Below, piece after piece: positions 17,946-28,393 of a stretch of DNA of 64,000 bases. The notes beneath the pieces were generated by a model. That model made no database searches, had not been told where the DNA came from, and saw nothing but the letters and a program-made list of their open reading frames with translations. This stretch comes from Deltaproteobacteria bacterium (GTDB lineage: Bacteria; Bdellovibrionota; UBA2394), in NCBI GenBank assembly GCA_017302715.1, contig JAFLCD010000008.1:37924-101923 (forward strand), read 5' to 3'. Positions within the stretch are counted from its first letter, which is position 1, and each line of letters starts with the position of its first letter. Position numbers and translations under genes: made by a program.

Positions 17946-18877
17946 TTCGGATACTCCACTTCAAATTTTAATTTCTCTTTCGTCACTGGATGAATAAATC
18001 CTAAACGAAATGCACAAAGTGCCTGGCCTTTAAGATTACGAAAGGCATCTTCTTTGGCATCACTCCATTTCATTTTGCGCGCTCGCGAATAAACGGGGTC
18101 GCCCAATAATGGATATCCTTTATGGCTAAGATGCACCCGAATCTGATGAGTTCGCCCGCTCATGAGTTTGCATTCTACGAGGGAATAATTTTCTGAAAAA
18201 TATTGAATGAGCTTAGCCTGAGTGGAGCTCGGCTTGCCTCGATCGCCCTGAACCACTGCCATTTTTTTGCGATCTTTGGGATGTCTGCCAATCGGAGCAT
18301 CGATCTGAAGTTTCGCAGGAAATTTTCCATACACGAGGGCCCAATAAGCTCGATCAATACTTCGCTCAGAAAATTGTTTTGAAAGAGCGTCGTGAACTTC
18401 GTTATTTTTTGCGACGACCACGATGCCTTCGGTATCTTTGTCGAGCCTGTGAACAATCCCCGCACGAAACTCACCACTTTTCGTAGATAATTTTTTTGAA
18501 TGAAATAAAAGTCCGTGCACCAAAGTGGCTTCAGGATTTTTAGAGGCTCCTGGATGCATACTTAAACCTTTAGGTTTATAAAGCACGATCAAATCTTCAT
18601 CTTCATGAAAAATTTTAAGCTCCATTTTTTTCGGCTCTAAATTATGCGGAGCCGAAACCATTGGCATAAGTTCGATTTTATCGTCCGGAAAAATTTTGCT
18701 ATTCGGCTCTAAACTTTCTAAACCGCGTCGAATTCGTGAATTTTCGAACCATAGTTTAAGCTGAGATCTTGAGGGCAGGCCTTCTAATCGCGATAAAACG
18801 CGGTCCGCACGTTCACCCTTGGCGGGCGCCTGCTCGGACGATATAATATAGATGAGGGCTTTAGTTTTCAAAACCAC
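17918..18877 (-). CDS. RluA-family pseudouridine synthase (RluD-like)
   Basis: HRLDKDTEGIVVVAKN matches the catalytic Asp motif. N-terminal S4-like region. 319 aa. Confidence 0.85.
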   Translation of the reverse strand: MVLKTKALIYIISSEQAPAKGERADRVLSRLEGLPSRSQLKLWFENSRIRRGLESLEPNSKIFPDDKIELMPMVSAPHNLEPKKMELKIFHEDEDLIVLYKPKGLSMHPGASKNPEATLVHGLLFHSKKLSTKSGEFRAGIVHRLDKDTEGIVVVAKNNEVHDALSKQFSERSIDRAYWALVYGKFPAKLQIDAPIGRHPKDRKKMAVVQGDRGKPSSTQAKLIQYFSENYSLVECKLMSGRTHQIRVHLSHKGYPLLGDPVYSRARKMKWSDAKEDAFRNLKGQALCAFRLGFIHPVTKEKLKFEVEYPKWMKIFLKD

Positions 18878-19487
18878 CTTTGATATAGCAAGTTCTTCAC
18901 TTCTTTCAAATGTCCTTCAAGGCGGACGTGTACTTATTCTTAATCGTTCGTATTTGCCTATACATATCGCCACTGTGAAGCGCGCCGTCAGCCTACTTTG
19001 CTTGGATATCGCCATCGGAGTGGATCGAGATTATCAGACTTACACTTGGTCGAGGCTTTTAACAGAGGGCCCTTCGCCCGAAAAAGATGAAGATTTTCAT
19101 TATCTACACACGGTGAATAAGCTTGTTCCAGTTCCAAAAGTTTTGCTGTTGCAGGATTTTGATAAACGCCCGCCTCAGCATATCCGCTTTTCTCGCGGAC
19201 AAGTTTTCATGCGAGATCAGCATACTTGTCAGTACTGCGCGAAAACTTTGCCTAAACAAAAACTCAATATCGATCATGTTGTCCCCAGAACTCAGGGTGG
19301 AAAAACCACTTGGGAAAATGTGGTGGCGAGTTGCCACTACTGCAATCGAAAAAAAGGTGGGCGAACTCCGGGACAAGCCGGAATGAAATTACTCACCATC
19401 CCTCATCGACCCTCAGTGTCGCCGTTATTGACGACACTGAAAGATCTGAATCCGGTTTGGAATAATTTTATTTTAAGCCCTGCTTAA
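18852..19487 (+). CDS. HNH endonuclease-domain protein
   Basis: C-terminal CQYC...HVVPRTQGGKTTWENVVASCHYCNRKKG is an HNH zinc-finger motif. The true start is probably downstream of 18852 because the ORF overlaps the rluD-like start. Confidence 0.65.
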   Translation: MRALVFKTTFDIASSSLLSNVLQGGRVLILNRSYLPIHIATVKRAVSLLCLDIAIGVDRDYQTYTWSRLLTEGPSPEKDEDFHYLHTVNKLVPVPKVLLLQDFDKRPPQHIRFSRGQVFMRDQHTCQYCAKTLPKQKLNIDHVVPRTQGGKTTWENVVASCHYCNRKKGGRTPGQAGMKLLTIPHRPSVSPLLTTLKDLNPVWNNFILSPA

Positions 19488-19996
19488 AGTTTTTCTTTGG
19501 CAGGACTTTGCGACTGCTGTTTTGCCTCAGGTTTTTGATTCTTCGTCGCTTTTTTCTCCGCGGCTTCGATCTTAGCCATCACACGATCTGAAAGTTTTCG
19601 AGCCCAAGCTTCTCCGATCGTAAAAGCTTCCATCTGAACCATCGGCATTTCTTTTACATATTTTGCGCCCGCAGGAGATTTGTAAAATTTTAAAAGAGCT
19701 TCGACTTCGTCGTTTGTAAAATGCTTGTCGTAAATCGGAATCATTGAATCAACGAGCTCGCGAAAATTGGCTTCTTTTTCTAAATCTTTCCAAACTTTCG
19801 CATCTACTTCTTTAAAATGATCTTGATAGGCTTCGAGCATCTGCTTCCACGCAGCGCGTCCCATGCCTTCGGCATCGGTCACCTTCATCAGCTCATTGAT
19901 GTTTCTCATTTTTTGAGTCTGTAATTCTTTGGAATTCGATTCAGCGCTGACCGAAATTGATATTAAGCCCAGAAATAAACCTAAAAATAATTTCAT
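19484..19996 (-). CDS. Secreted helical hypothetical protein (DUF2059-like)
   Basis: Signal peptide MKLFLGLFLGLISISVSA. Lys/Glu-rich helical body. 170 aa. Confidence 0.4.
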   Translation of the reverse strand: MKLFLGLFLGLISISVSAESNSKELQTQKMRNINELMKVTDAEGMGRAAWKQMLEAYQDHFKEVDAKVWKDLEKEANFRELVDSMIPIYDKHFTNDEVEALLKFYKSPAGAKYVKEMPMVQMEAFTIGEAWARKLSDRVMAKIEAAEKKATKNQKPEAKQQSQSPAKEKL

Positions 19997-20062
19997 ATAC
20001 CCACCCTTTAAAAAAGAATATCAGATGAGATCTTTTCGGGGCAGCGCGTCAGAACATTGCCT

Positions 20063-20935
20063 TTAGAATTCAAAGGGATGAACAAGACTCTCATTGCTCA
20101 TATAAACTTTAGGAGCCTGAAGCCCGTAAGTCGTTTGAGCGTACGCAATCGCCTGCTCTTCTAGCTTAACCAATTCTGGATCGGAGTAACTGGGATCAAA
20201 ATGAAAAAGAAAACCTGTTTTAATTTTAAGCTGAGCCATCGTATCGATAGCTTTTTTAAAACTCGAATGTCCGTAGTGAGCCTTCTGAATCGCATCGCCG
20301 GTTAAAAACTGAGAATCCATCACGGCCATATCGGCATTTTTCATCAGATCAACGGCTGAAGGCTCGATGGGATCGTAATCAGAGTCGGTGGCATAAACGA
20401 AGGACTTTTTATCACTCCAAACTTTAAAGGAATAACTAGTTCCTGGGTGACTCAGAGGAGCGAGAGAGATTTTCAAATCACCTTTGGTGTACGAAAGAAC
20501 GTCTCCTGTTTTCAACGATTTCAATTCGATATTTTTTCGAATTCTTTCAAAGGGAACAGGATGAAAACGAGCATCAAATAAAATAGAGAACCTTTCCCAG
20601 ACATCATTAAATCCGGTGACGATTTCAAGGGGTGTATTGGTGTCTTCAAGTTGAGTGATAAAAGGAAAACCTTGAATATGATCCCAGTGAAAATGCGAAA
20701 GACAGAGGGTGATTTTTTTAAAATGGCGCTTGTGAGTGGCCGCACGAATGCCTGAACCCGCATCGAAAAAAATCGAATGCCCGTCGCCTAGATCAAGTTC
20801 TACACAACTGGTGTTGCTACCGTAGAAAGATTTTCCAACACCCAAACTTCCTCGAACACCCCAGAAGCGCAATTCAGCTTTCACATCTAAAAGTATAAAC
20901 CAGGTAAGAGATGGAAGACAGTCGCTGACAACCAA
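20063..20935 (-). CDS. Metallo-beta-lactamase-fold hydrolase
   Basis: HFHWDH matches the HxHxDH zinc-binding motif. 290 aa. Confidence 0.75.
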   Translation of the reverse strand: MVVSDCLPSLTWFILLDVKAELRFWGVRGSLGVGKSFYGSNTSCVELDLGDGHSIFFDAGSGIRAATHKRHFKKITLCLSHFHWDHIQGFPFITQLEDTNTPLEIVTGFNDVWERFSILFDARFHPVPFERIRKNIELKSLKTGDVLSYTKGDLKISLAPLSHPGTSYSFKVWSDKKSFVYATDSDYDPIEPSAVDLMKNADMAVMDSQFLTGDAIQKAHYGHSSFKKAIDTMAQLKIKTGFLFHFDPSYSDPELVKLEEQAIAYAQTTYGLQAPKVYMSNESLVHPFEF

Positions 20936-21585
20936 AGCGCAGCACCAGAAATAAGTGGAAGCGAAAGATTATCATCTGTACGAAGTGGAAGAAATTCACC
21001 CAACATTGCCGCGGCGCCTCCAAGAACTGAAAAAAGAAATCGATCATTTAGAGAAAAATGTTCAGTTTTTCCTAAATGAAAAGTCACAAAGAACGTGGCT
21101 AAAAAACAGACAAAGAAACAGGCCAGACTGCCCTCCAAACTTTTCTGTGCCCAAGGAAAAGAGCGACCTGAAAAGTAACTCAACCATTGCTTCGAAAAAA
21201 TTTTTCTACCGTATTTGAGACCAACTAAAGAGGCTACCGGGTCACCAAGGCCTAAATAAAAAATGGAGAGAACCGCAATCGCTCGGGGAAAAACAATAGC
21301 AGCTATCGTACATCCTATTAAATAGTAGGTGGCACCTGTCATCTGTTTTTTTTCGCAATCTCTTAAAAAAGGTCGCATAAAAATTTGCGAAAAGTGATTG
21401 AAAGATGGAACCGCTAATCTAAAAATTTCCATCCCTAAAGAAATCAGGGTCAAAGCGGCTAGAAAAAAAACAAACGTAGACTTGGGCTCGAGGTACAAAC
21501 CCACGCCACCTAAAATAATTCCAAAAGTCATATGAAAAAGTCTTCGCGGAAGATGAATATCGAGATGAGAAGAAAGAATCTGCAT
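20887..21585 (-). CDS. Polytopic membrane protein, CdsA/dolichol-phytol kinase superfamily-like
   Basis: Multiple TM helices. GDPVASLVGLKYGR resembles the CTP-transferase/phytol-kinase C-terminal motif. 232 aa. Confidence 0.45.
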   Translation of the reverse strand: MQILSSHLDIHLPRRLFHMTFGIILGGVGLYLEPKSTFVFFLAALTLISLGMEIFRLAVPSFNHFSQIFMRPFLRDCEKKQMTGATYYLIGCTIAAIVFPRAIAVLSIFYLGLGDPVASLVGLKYGRKIFSKQWLSYFSGRSFPWAQKSLEGSLACFFVCFLATFFVTFHLGKTEHFSLNDRFLFSVLGGAAAMLGEFLPLRTDDNLSLPLISGAALWLSATVFHLLPGLYF

Positions 21586-21640
21586 TTATATAGAATCTCT
21601 CATAACCACCCCTAAGAAAATCAAGTAATATAAAAATGAT

Positions 21641-23791
21641 ATGTTTTCGTTTCCGGATATTTTGGATCCAGAATTTTATTCTACGGTCAGCGAAGTTTCG
21701 GCCGTCGTTATTCAATCCGAGATTCTCGCCTTCTTTGTTTCACTAACAGCTGCACTGATGAGCTATCGAAACGCTCTCAAGAAAAAATCCAGGTCGCTTT
21801 TTTGGTGTGGAAATTTTGCTCTTTGCTATGCGCTGTGGAATATCTTTCATTTATTATCACTTCGCCAAAACGATTTTGAGATCGGGCATTTACATTTTAC
21901 AGTTGAATTTGCGCGCAAAGCTCATCTCATTTTGAGCCTGCTTTTGCCAGCCCTCGCCCATCAGTTCTTTACAGTTTTCTTTAAGCAAAAAAAATTGATG
22001 GCTCGGCTTCATTTGCTGACCTCGATAGGTGTCTTTGCGCTGATTTTTATCCCCATGGGCCACTATTACAAAGCCATTCAGTTTTTAGCAGGAATTTTTG
22101 TATTTGGAAGCTTTGCCTTTTTAACTCTCAAACTTTGGAGACTTTATCGCAAGACAGATGACCTTAAATTGAAAACTCGAGTTTTCTTTGTTGTGGTCGG
22201 CATGACAGCTTGTATTTTATTTTCAGTAGTCGGCCAGATTCGGGCTGAAAACTTTGTGACAAAAATTCCGCTGCCGTTCGTTGGAAATATTCTCACGGCT
22301 GTCTTAATTTATTTCGTTTACCAGATGGCCGCCAATCCTCGGCTAAGGGAAATCCGCGAACTGATGCTTAGAGGAATTCGAATTCTTTTACTTACTTTGA
22401 TTTTGGCTGCAATTTTTCTGATATTGCTCGCCTGGGTGGGTGAAAATAATATTGAACTTTTTATTTTTAATACGTTTATCGCCTCTTTCATTATTTTAAG
22501 CATTCTTGAACCTCTTCGAACTCAACTGGATCGTTTTTTTCTTAAGCAATTTATTATTGATCGCTATGAATTCGAAGAAATTCTAAAAAAATTGCCTCGC
22601 CGCCTTCGCCACTCTCGCCAACTCGAAGATCTCAGCACTCAGTTGCTGGAAGGAGTTCGCGAATCAGGTCGCGTTTATCAAACCGCTTTGTTTCTTTGGG
22701 ATACAACTTCAGGCGATTATCGAATTGTTCCCCCCAGTAATCTTGTTTTTAAAACGACGCTTGCCGCAGATCATCCCTTTATTAAGTATTTTAAGTGGAG
22801 TCGGTTTCCGCTTTTACTTGAACAAGATCAAGAGCTCGATGCTGAACTTGAAGAGAGTTTAAAAGAGATGCATTCGCATTTAGTGCTCCCTCTTTTCAAG
22901 CAAGATCATTTGCTCGGCGTTTGGGCACTACGTTCTTCTTTAAAATCGACCAATCCCTATACGAGTTTTTCAAACACCGAAGTGGAACTCCTGGAGCAAA
23001 TATCTCAGGAAGTAGTTTCACTTCTCGATCAACTGCAACATTTTGAGAGCCAAGAAAGACAAGAGAGATTGGCAGCACTTGGAGAAATGTCTGCCGCTTT
23101 GGCACATGAAGTTAGAAATCCACTGGGAGCACTGCAAGGGGCGGCTCAACTTTTAAAAACTTCGCCAAGCATTTCGAACTCTGACGACAAAGAGTGCGTG
23201 AATATTCTTTCAAAAGAAATTGATCGAATGCAAAAAACAGTGGAGCAATATTTGAATTTTGCTCGTAAAAGTGAAGAGCCTATTGAAGTCGATTTAAATA
23301 TTCTGCTTCAAAAAGTCTTTAACGACGTCAAACCTAAAGCTCTTAAAACAGGAACGCAATTTCATCTTGAAATCGATTCTGCTTTGCCTAAATTAAAAAC
23401 GGATCCTCTCAAGCTCGAACAAGTGCTTTTTAATTTGGTTCAAAATGCATGCGAAGCATTTAGCAAAAATATTATTGTGTTGGCTAAATTGCATCAGGGC
23501 TTAAATCCTGAATTTGAAATTCTCGTCAAAGATGACGGCCCCGGAATTCCTGCAGCGATCGTTGCCAATATTTTTACTCCTTTATTTACGACCAAAAAAG
23601 CGGGCAGCGGTTTAGGATTGCCTATCTGTAAAAAAATCATCGAATCTTTGGGGGGCGAGCTAAGCGTCGAAAGTAAAGCTGGTAGCGGAACAACTTTTAA
23701 AGTGCTCTTACCATTTTCATCAGATGCAAAGCGTCCAAGCGCAACCCTAGAAGTTGCAGAATCTAAGAGCTTGCCGCCTTCAGAATCTTGA
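21641..23791 (+). CDS. Sensor histidine kinase with N-terminal multi-TM sensor domain
   Basis: About 8 TM helices. HisKA H-box AHEVRNPLGAL. HATPase N, G1 and G2 motifs (NLVQNACEA, DDGPGIP, GSGLGL). 716 aa. Confidence 0.8.
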   Translation: MFSFPDILDPEFYSTVSEVSAVVIQSEILAFFVSLTAALMSYRNALKKKSRSLFWCGNFALCYALWNIFHLLSLRQNDFEIGHLHFTVEFARKAHLILSLLLPALAHQFFTVFFKQKKLMARLHLLTSIGVFALIFIPMGHYYKAIQFLAGIFVFGSFAFLTLKLWRLYRKTDDLKLKTRVFFVVVGMTACILFSVVGQIRAENFVTKIPLPFVGNILTAVLIYFVYQMAANPRLREIRELMLRGIRILLLTLILAAIFLILLAWVGENNIELFIFNTFIASFIILSILEPLRTQLDRFFLKQFIIDRYEFEEILKKLPRRLRHSRQLEDLSTQLLEGVRESGRVYQTALFLWDTTSGDYRIVPPSNLVFKTTLAADHPFIKYFKWSRFPLLLEQDQELDAELEESLKEMHSHLVLPLFKQDHLLGVWALRSSLKSTNPYTSFSNTEVELLEQISQEVVSLLDQLQHFESQERQERLAALGEMSAALAHEVRNPLGALQGAAQLLKTSPSISNSDDKECVNILSKEIDRMQKTVEQYLNFARKSEEPIEVDLNILLQKVFNDVKPKALKTGTQFHLEIDSALPKLKTDPLKLEQVLFNLVQNACEAFSKNIIVLAKLHQGLNPEFEILVKDDGPGIPAAIVANIFTPLFTTKKAGSGLGLPICKKIIESLGGELSVESKAGSGTTFKVLLPFSSDAKRPSATLEVAESKSLPPSES

Positions 23792-23804
23792 GAGAAAGTA
23801 GCCC

Positions 23805-25130
23805 ATGGCCCGAATTCTGATTGTCGATGACGAAGAAAGTGTTCGTAAGGTTCTGAGCATTCAACTTCGTCGCATGAATCATGAGCCTATCGAAGCTGAG
23901 AATGGAAAACTCGCCTGGGAACTTCTAAAAAAAGAAGCCTTCTCCACTGTGATTACTGATTTAAAAATGCCCGAAATGGATGGGCTCGAGCTTTTGCAAC
24001 TCATTCGAAAAAATCATCCGCAAATTCCTGTCATTATGATTACTGCTCACGGCACAATTGATACGGCGGTCGACGCCATGAAATCTGGAGCTTTTGACTA
24101 TATTACAAAGCCTTTCAATCAAGATGAATTTTTAAAAACCATTGAGCGCGCAACTTTATCGGCCGAAAGTATGGCCAAAGAATTTCAACGTTCGAGAGCT
24201 TTTTTACGCCAAGAAGAAAAAATTATCGGCACAACCGATGAGATGGAAAAAGTTTATTCACTCGTTGAACGAGTAGCGAATACGTCTTCGAATGTTCTTA
24301 TCACTGGAGAAGCTGGCACCGGAAAAGAAGTCATCGCTCGACTTCTTCATGATAAAAGCGAAAGACGCACCTCTCCTTTAGTGCGCGCTTATTTAGCTGC
24401 CTGCCCGGTCAATCAACAATTAGAAAATCTTTTCGGGCACCAAGATCACCCTGGCTGGTTTGAACTCGCTGAAGGTGGAAGTATTTATTTGGATGAAATC
24501 GGCGCTCTTAGTTTAGATGCTCAAGCTAAAGTTTATGATGCATTGACAACTGGAACTTATGCACGCGAGGCCAAAGAAATGAGAATCCAATGTCGAGTGA
24601 TTGCGTCGACGGATTTTAATTTACTTGAAAAAATTGAAGCCGGAGCTTTTCGAAAAGATTTATTTTATTGCCTCAACGTCGTGCCCATTTACTTACCTGC
24701 GTTAAGAGAGCGAACTCAAGATATCGAACCTCTCGTCGATCATTTTGTGCAATTATTTGCAAAGAAGTTTAAGAAAAATATTACGGGAGCAGACGATCAA
24801 GCCGTTTTTCATCTGATTCAATATCCATGGCCTGGCAATATTCGAGAACTCGAAAACTGTATCGAATATGCGGTGAACGTCGCCGATCGCTCCCTCATCA
24901 TGACTGAAAATCTTCCTCAACATTTATTTACGGCACCTAGCTCTTCGCGGCCCAATTGGGAAGGTCCACTTAAAGACAATCTGCGTCTAAAAGTTGAAGC
25001 TCTCGAAAAAAATGTCGTCGAAAATGCCATCCGTAGTGCTCAAGGCGATATTTTGAAAGCTAGTCAGAAACTAGGGGTTCCTCCCTCTCTTCTTGAAGAA
25101 AAAGTTTTGGCACTTAAAATCTCTATTTAA
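23805..25130 (+). CDS. NtrC-family response regulator (REC + AAA+ + Fis-type HTH) lacking the GAFTGA sigma-54 contact loop
   Basis: ILIVDDE...D at the REC aspartate. Walker A GEAGTGKE. ENLFGH is followed directly by QDHPGWFELAEGG. Arg-finger region RKDLFYCLNV. C-terminal HTH. Confidence 0.8.
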   Translation: MARILIVDDEESVRKVLSIQLRRMNHEPIEAENGKLAWELLKKEAFSTVITDLKMPEMDGLELLQLIRKNHPQIPVIMITAHGTIDTAVDAMKSGAFDYITKPFNQDEFLKTIERATLSAESMAKEFQRSRAFLRQEEKIIGTTDEMEKVYSLVERVANTSSNVLITGEAGTGKEVIARLLHDKSERRTSPLVRAYLAACPVNQQLENLFGHQDHPGWFELAEGGSIYLDEIGALSLDAQAKVYDALTTGTYAREAKEMRIQCRVIASTDFNLLEKIEAGAFRKDLFYCLNVVPIYLPALRERTQDIEPLVDHFVQLFAKKFKKNITGADDQAVFHLIQYPWPGNIRELENCIEYAVNVADRSLIMTENLPQHLFTAPSSSRPNWEGPLKDNLRLKVEALEKNVVENAIRSAQGDILKASQKLGVPPSLLEEKVLALKISI

Positions 25131-25183
25131 GTTTTTCCATCAACAATTGACGCTCGAGATCGGGGAGAACTAGAATTCCCTCT

Positions 25184-25948
25184 ATGATTAAAGCGGAAAA
25201 TCTCACAAAGACCTATGGCCCTTACACGGCTCTTCACAATGTCTCGTTCGAAATTCAAAAAGGAGAAATTGTCGGATTCTTAGGTGCGAATGGTGCAGGC
25301 AAAACCACGACGATGAGAATCTTAACCGGTTTTTATCAACCCACTTCTGGCACAGCCTCGATCGATGGTTTTTCAGTAACCGAGCAACCCGATGAAGTAA
25401 AAAAGAGAATCGGTTATTTGCCAGAGCTTCCTCCTCTTTATCCTGAAATGACTGTCGAAAGTTATTTAGAATTTGTTTTAGAGCTCAAAAAAGTTCCAAA
25501 ACAATTTCGAAAACAAAATTTAGAGTGGGCTCTTGAAAAATGCGGTCTCCTCGATAGAAGACGAAGCATTATCTCGACGCTCTCGAAAGGTTATCGTCAA
25601 CGCGTAGGAATCGCTCAAGCTGTCATTCATAAACCTGCTGTCATTATATTAGATGAACCGACTGTCGGCCTTGATCCTCTACAGATCATTGAAATTCGAA
25701 AATTGATTCACTCGTTTTCGAACGAACACACCGTTTTACTTTCGACTCATATTTTATCTGAAGTAACAGCGACCTGTCAGCGCGCTATCATCATCAACCT
25801 CGGGCATATCGTGCATGAGCAAAAAATTCAGGATCTCTCTGAGAAAAAATCTCTCGAAGAAGTTTTCTTAGAAGTCATTTCAAAAGATTTTGCCATGCAA
25901 GAAAAGGCAAAACTTACCGAGATTTCAAAAAAAGTTTCAAGCGTCTAA
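25184..25948 (+). CDS. ABC transporter ATP-binding protein (ABC-2/GldA-like)
   Basis: Walker [22 protein letters not shown] signature. Walker B ILDEPTVGLD. Confidence 0.85.
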   Translation: MIKAENLTKTYGPYTALHNVSFEIQKGEIVGFLGANGAGKTTTMRILTGFYQPTSGTASIDGFSVTEQPDEVKKRIGYLPELPPLYPEMTVESYLEFVLELKKVPKQFRKQNLEWALEKCGLLDRRRSIISTLSKGYRQRVGIAQAVIHKPAVIILDEPTVGLDPLQIIEIRKLIHSFSNEHTVLLSTHILSEVTATCQRAIIINLGHIVHEQKIQDLSEKKSLEEVFLEVISKDFAMQEKAKLTEISKKVSSV

Positions 25949-25965
25949 AAATTTAAGGAGCAACT

Positions 25966-26751
25966 ATGAGTTCAATTTGGGTCATTGCTAAACGAGAAAT
26001 TAAAAGTCTTTTTATTTCTCCAGCGGCTTATATTGTTTTAGGAATTTTTGCATTGCTTTCGGGAGTTCAGTTTCTACTTTCTCTTGAGAGATTTGATCAG
26101 ACTTTGCAGCAGGCCAAAATTCAAGCACAGTTAATGAAAAATCCTGAAGCGCTTTCATTTATCAATCTTAACGGAATGCTCATCAGCAATGTGATTGCGT
26201 TTGGTTATTTTTTAATTTTATTTACGATCCCCGCGGTGACGATGAAATTACTTTGTGAAGAAAGAAATAATGGAACCCATGAACTTCTTTTAACCTCACC
26301 TATTTCGGCTTGGGATATCGTGCTTGGAAAATTTTTAGCAGGCATCGTTTTCTTTTTAGCAATGGTCGCCACCAATGCACTTTTTTTGATCGTAATGTTT
26401 AAATATGGAAACCCTGAGCCAGGTCCTGTGTTAGCTGGATATTTAGGGCTTATCTTTGGCGGAATTTCTTTTATCAGCATTGGACTCTTTGCAAGCGCGC
26501 TGACTAAAAATCATATCATTTCGTTTTTTACGAGTTTGTTTATTAGCTTAGTTTTGCTGATGATCGGCTGGGCGGCCGGAAGTACCTCCGGACATCTCTC
26601 GGAGTTTTTACAACAAGCTTCGATCACTACGCATTTTGAAACTTTTAACAAAGGCCTCATAACCGTTTCGAGCATCGTCTATTTTGTAACGCTTTGGATT
26701 TTCTTTTTATCGGCAACACGAGTGGCCGTTCAATCCATGGCTCGAAATTAA
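25966..26751 (+). CDS. ABC-2 family transporter permease
   Basis: 261 aa with 6 predicted TM segments immediately downstream of the ABC ATPase. Confidence 0.7.
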   Translation: MSSIWVIAKREIKSLFISPAAYIVLGIFALLSGVQFLLSLERFDQTLQQAKIQAQLMKNPEALSFINLNGMLISNVIAFGYFLILFTIPAVTMKLLCEERNNGTHELLLTSPISAWDIVLGKFLAGIVFFLAMVATNALFLIVMFKYGNPEPGPVLAGYLGLIFGGISFISIGLFASALTKNHIISFFTSLFISLVLLMIGWAAGSTSGHLSEFLQQASITTHFETFNKGLITVSSIVYFVTLWIFFLSATRVAVQSMARN

Positions 26752-26778
26752 AAAGATTTAACGGAAAGGGATAATGTG

Positions 26779-28377
26779 ATGAAAAATTTAGCAAGATTCT
26801 TTGGCGGCTTAGGAATTATCTTTCTCGTTTTTGGTTTAATCGCAACTTTGATGTTTGAAGGTCAATTGAGAGCGGTCGGATACGCTCAACTTCTTTTGGG
26901 AGTCATCGGGCTCAGCATCTTTCTCTTTTACTTCTTTGGAGAATTTTTCAAAGCGCTGACGAGAAAGCGTGAAGTTATTTTTGGAATTATCGGCGCTTTT
27001 GTTATTTTGCTCATTCTGATCGGCGCGAATATTGTGGCTCACTCTAAATGGGGTGAAAGAAAATACGACACCACCATCAATAAAATCCACTCGCTCTCTC
27101 CTGACACCGTCACTCTTGTAAAAAATTTAACAGCACCTATTACAATTGTTGGTTTTTTTTCTGAAGGATCTCGTGAAAAAGATCTCGTCAAAGATTTAGC
27201 TGAAAAATACACTTATCTAAGCAATCAAATCACATTCAACGTTTATGATCCTGACCATGAGCCAGCACTGCTCAAGCAATTCGACGCTCAAAATGATCAA
27301 GTTTTGGTGCGAAACGAAAAGACAAAAAAGACAATTAAGTTAACAGCGATCTCAGAGCAAGATCTCACGACCAGCCTCAAGCGAGTTTTAAGCACCAATC
27401 AGAAAACCATTTATTTTCTGCAAGGCCATGGCGAAGGAGATTTAGACGACGACAAGACGGGACAAGGCCTTTTGATTCAAAAAGTTTTGTTAGAAAATGA
27501 AGGTTTTAAAGTTGTTCCACTTAATTTAGTGGCTCAGCGTGAGATTCCAAAAGACGCTTCCATTATTGCTGCCTGGGGAGCCCAACGTCCCTACACTAAA
27601 GCAGAAGTAGATTTACTCTCCACCTATCTTGAAAAAGGTGGGGCGCTCATCATTGCACAAGATCCACTTCTCTCCACTTCTAAAGATAAACTCATCGCCA
27701 CAGGTTTAGAACCTCTCTTAGAAAAATATGGGCTTCAATTTAAGCCTTCTGTGGTTTTGGAATATCAAATTCAACTGCTTCGCGGAAAAGTCATCAATGC
27801 AAAACTCGCCGCCGCTGAATACGGCGAGCATCCGATTACTTCTAGACTTGGAAAGCAAAACGTCACTGAGTTCTTTTTGGTTCAACCTGTATTACAGACA
27901 GAAAATTTTAAATCTAAAGACATCACTCGAATCGCTCTCGCTTTGACTTCGCAAAATACTTGGGCTGAAACGGATATGAACGCTCTCTTTATTACTCAAA
28001 AACCCTCTTCGGACGGAAAAAAATCTGGTCCACTTCCGATTGGACAAATTGCCGAATGGCCGATTACTGCCACAAAAGACACTCCAGCCTCTCAAAGTCG
28101 ATTGATTGTCTATGGAGATGCAGATTTTGGAACCAACCAACTTATTCAAAGTGGGTTTAACCGAGATCTCGTTTTAAACACTTACGGTTTTGTCGCTGGC
28201 GAAGAGGCAACGGTAAGCATTCGTCCAAAAAGTTGGACAACTTCAACTTTGGAGATTGATTTACCGCAAAGACGACTTATTTATTACGCAAGTGTCTTCG
28301 TCGTCCCACAACTCATTATGGCTTTAGGCGTAGTGATTTGGCTGGTTCGTCGCGGACGCTCGATGCGTACGACCTAA
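26779..28377 (+). CDS. GldG-like ABC-transporter auxiliary protein
   Basis: N- and C-terminal TM anchors with a large periplasmic domain. Sits in the canonical position after an ABC-2 ATPase and permease. Confidence 0.6.
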   Translation: MKNLARFFGGLGIIFLVFGLIATLMFEGQLRAVGYAQLLLGVIGLSIFLFYFFGEFFKALTRKREVIFGIIGAFVILLILIGANIVAHSKWGERKYDTTINKIHSLSPDTVTLVKNLTAPITIVGFFSEGSREKDLVKDLAEKYTYLSNQITFNVYDPDHEPALLKQFDAQNDQVLVRNEKTKKTIKLTAISEQDLTTSLKRVLSTNQKTIYFLQGHGEGDLDDDKTGQGLLIQKVLLENEGFKVVPLNLVAQREIPKDASIIAAWGAQRPYTKAEVDLLSTYLEKGGALIIAQDPLLSTSKDKLIATGLEPLLEKYGLQFKPSVVLEYQIQLLRGKVINAKLAAAEYGEHPITSRLGKQNVTEFFLVQPVLQTENFKSKDITRIALALTSQNTWAETDMNALFITQKPSSDGKKSGPLPIGQIAEWPITATKDTPASQSRLIVYGDADFGTNQLIQSGFNRDLVLNTYGFVAGEEATVSIRPKSWTTSTLEIDLPQRRLIYYASVFVVPQLIMALGVVIWLVRRGRSMRTT

Positions 28378-28393
28378 ATATAAAGGAAGCTGA

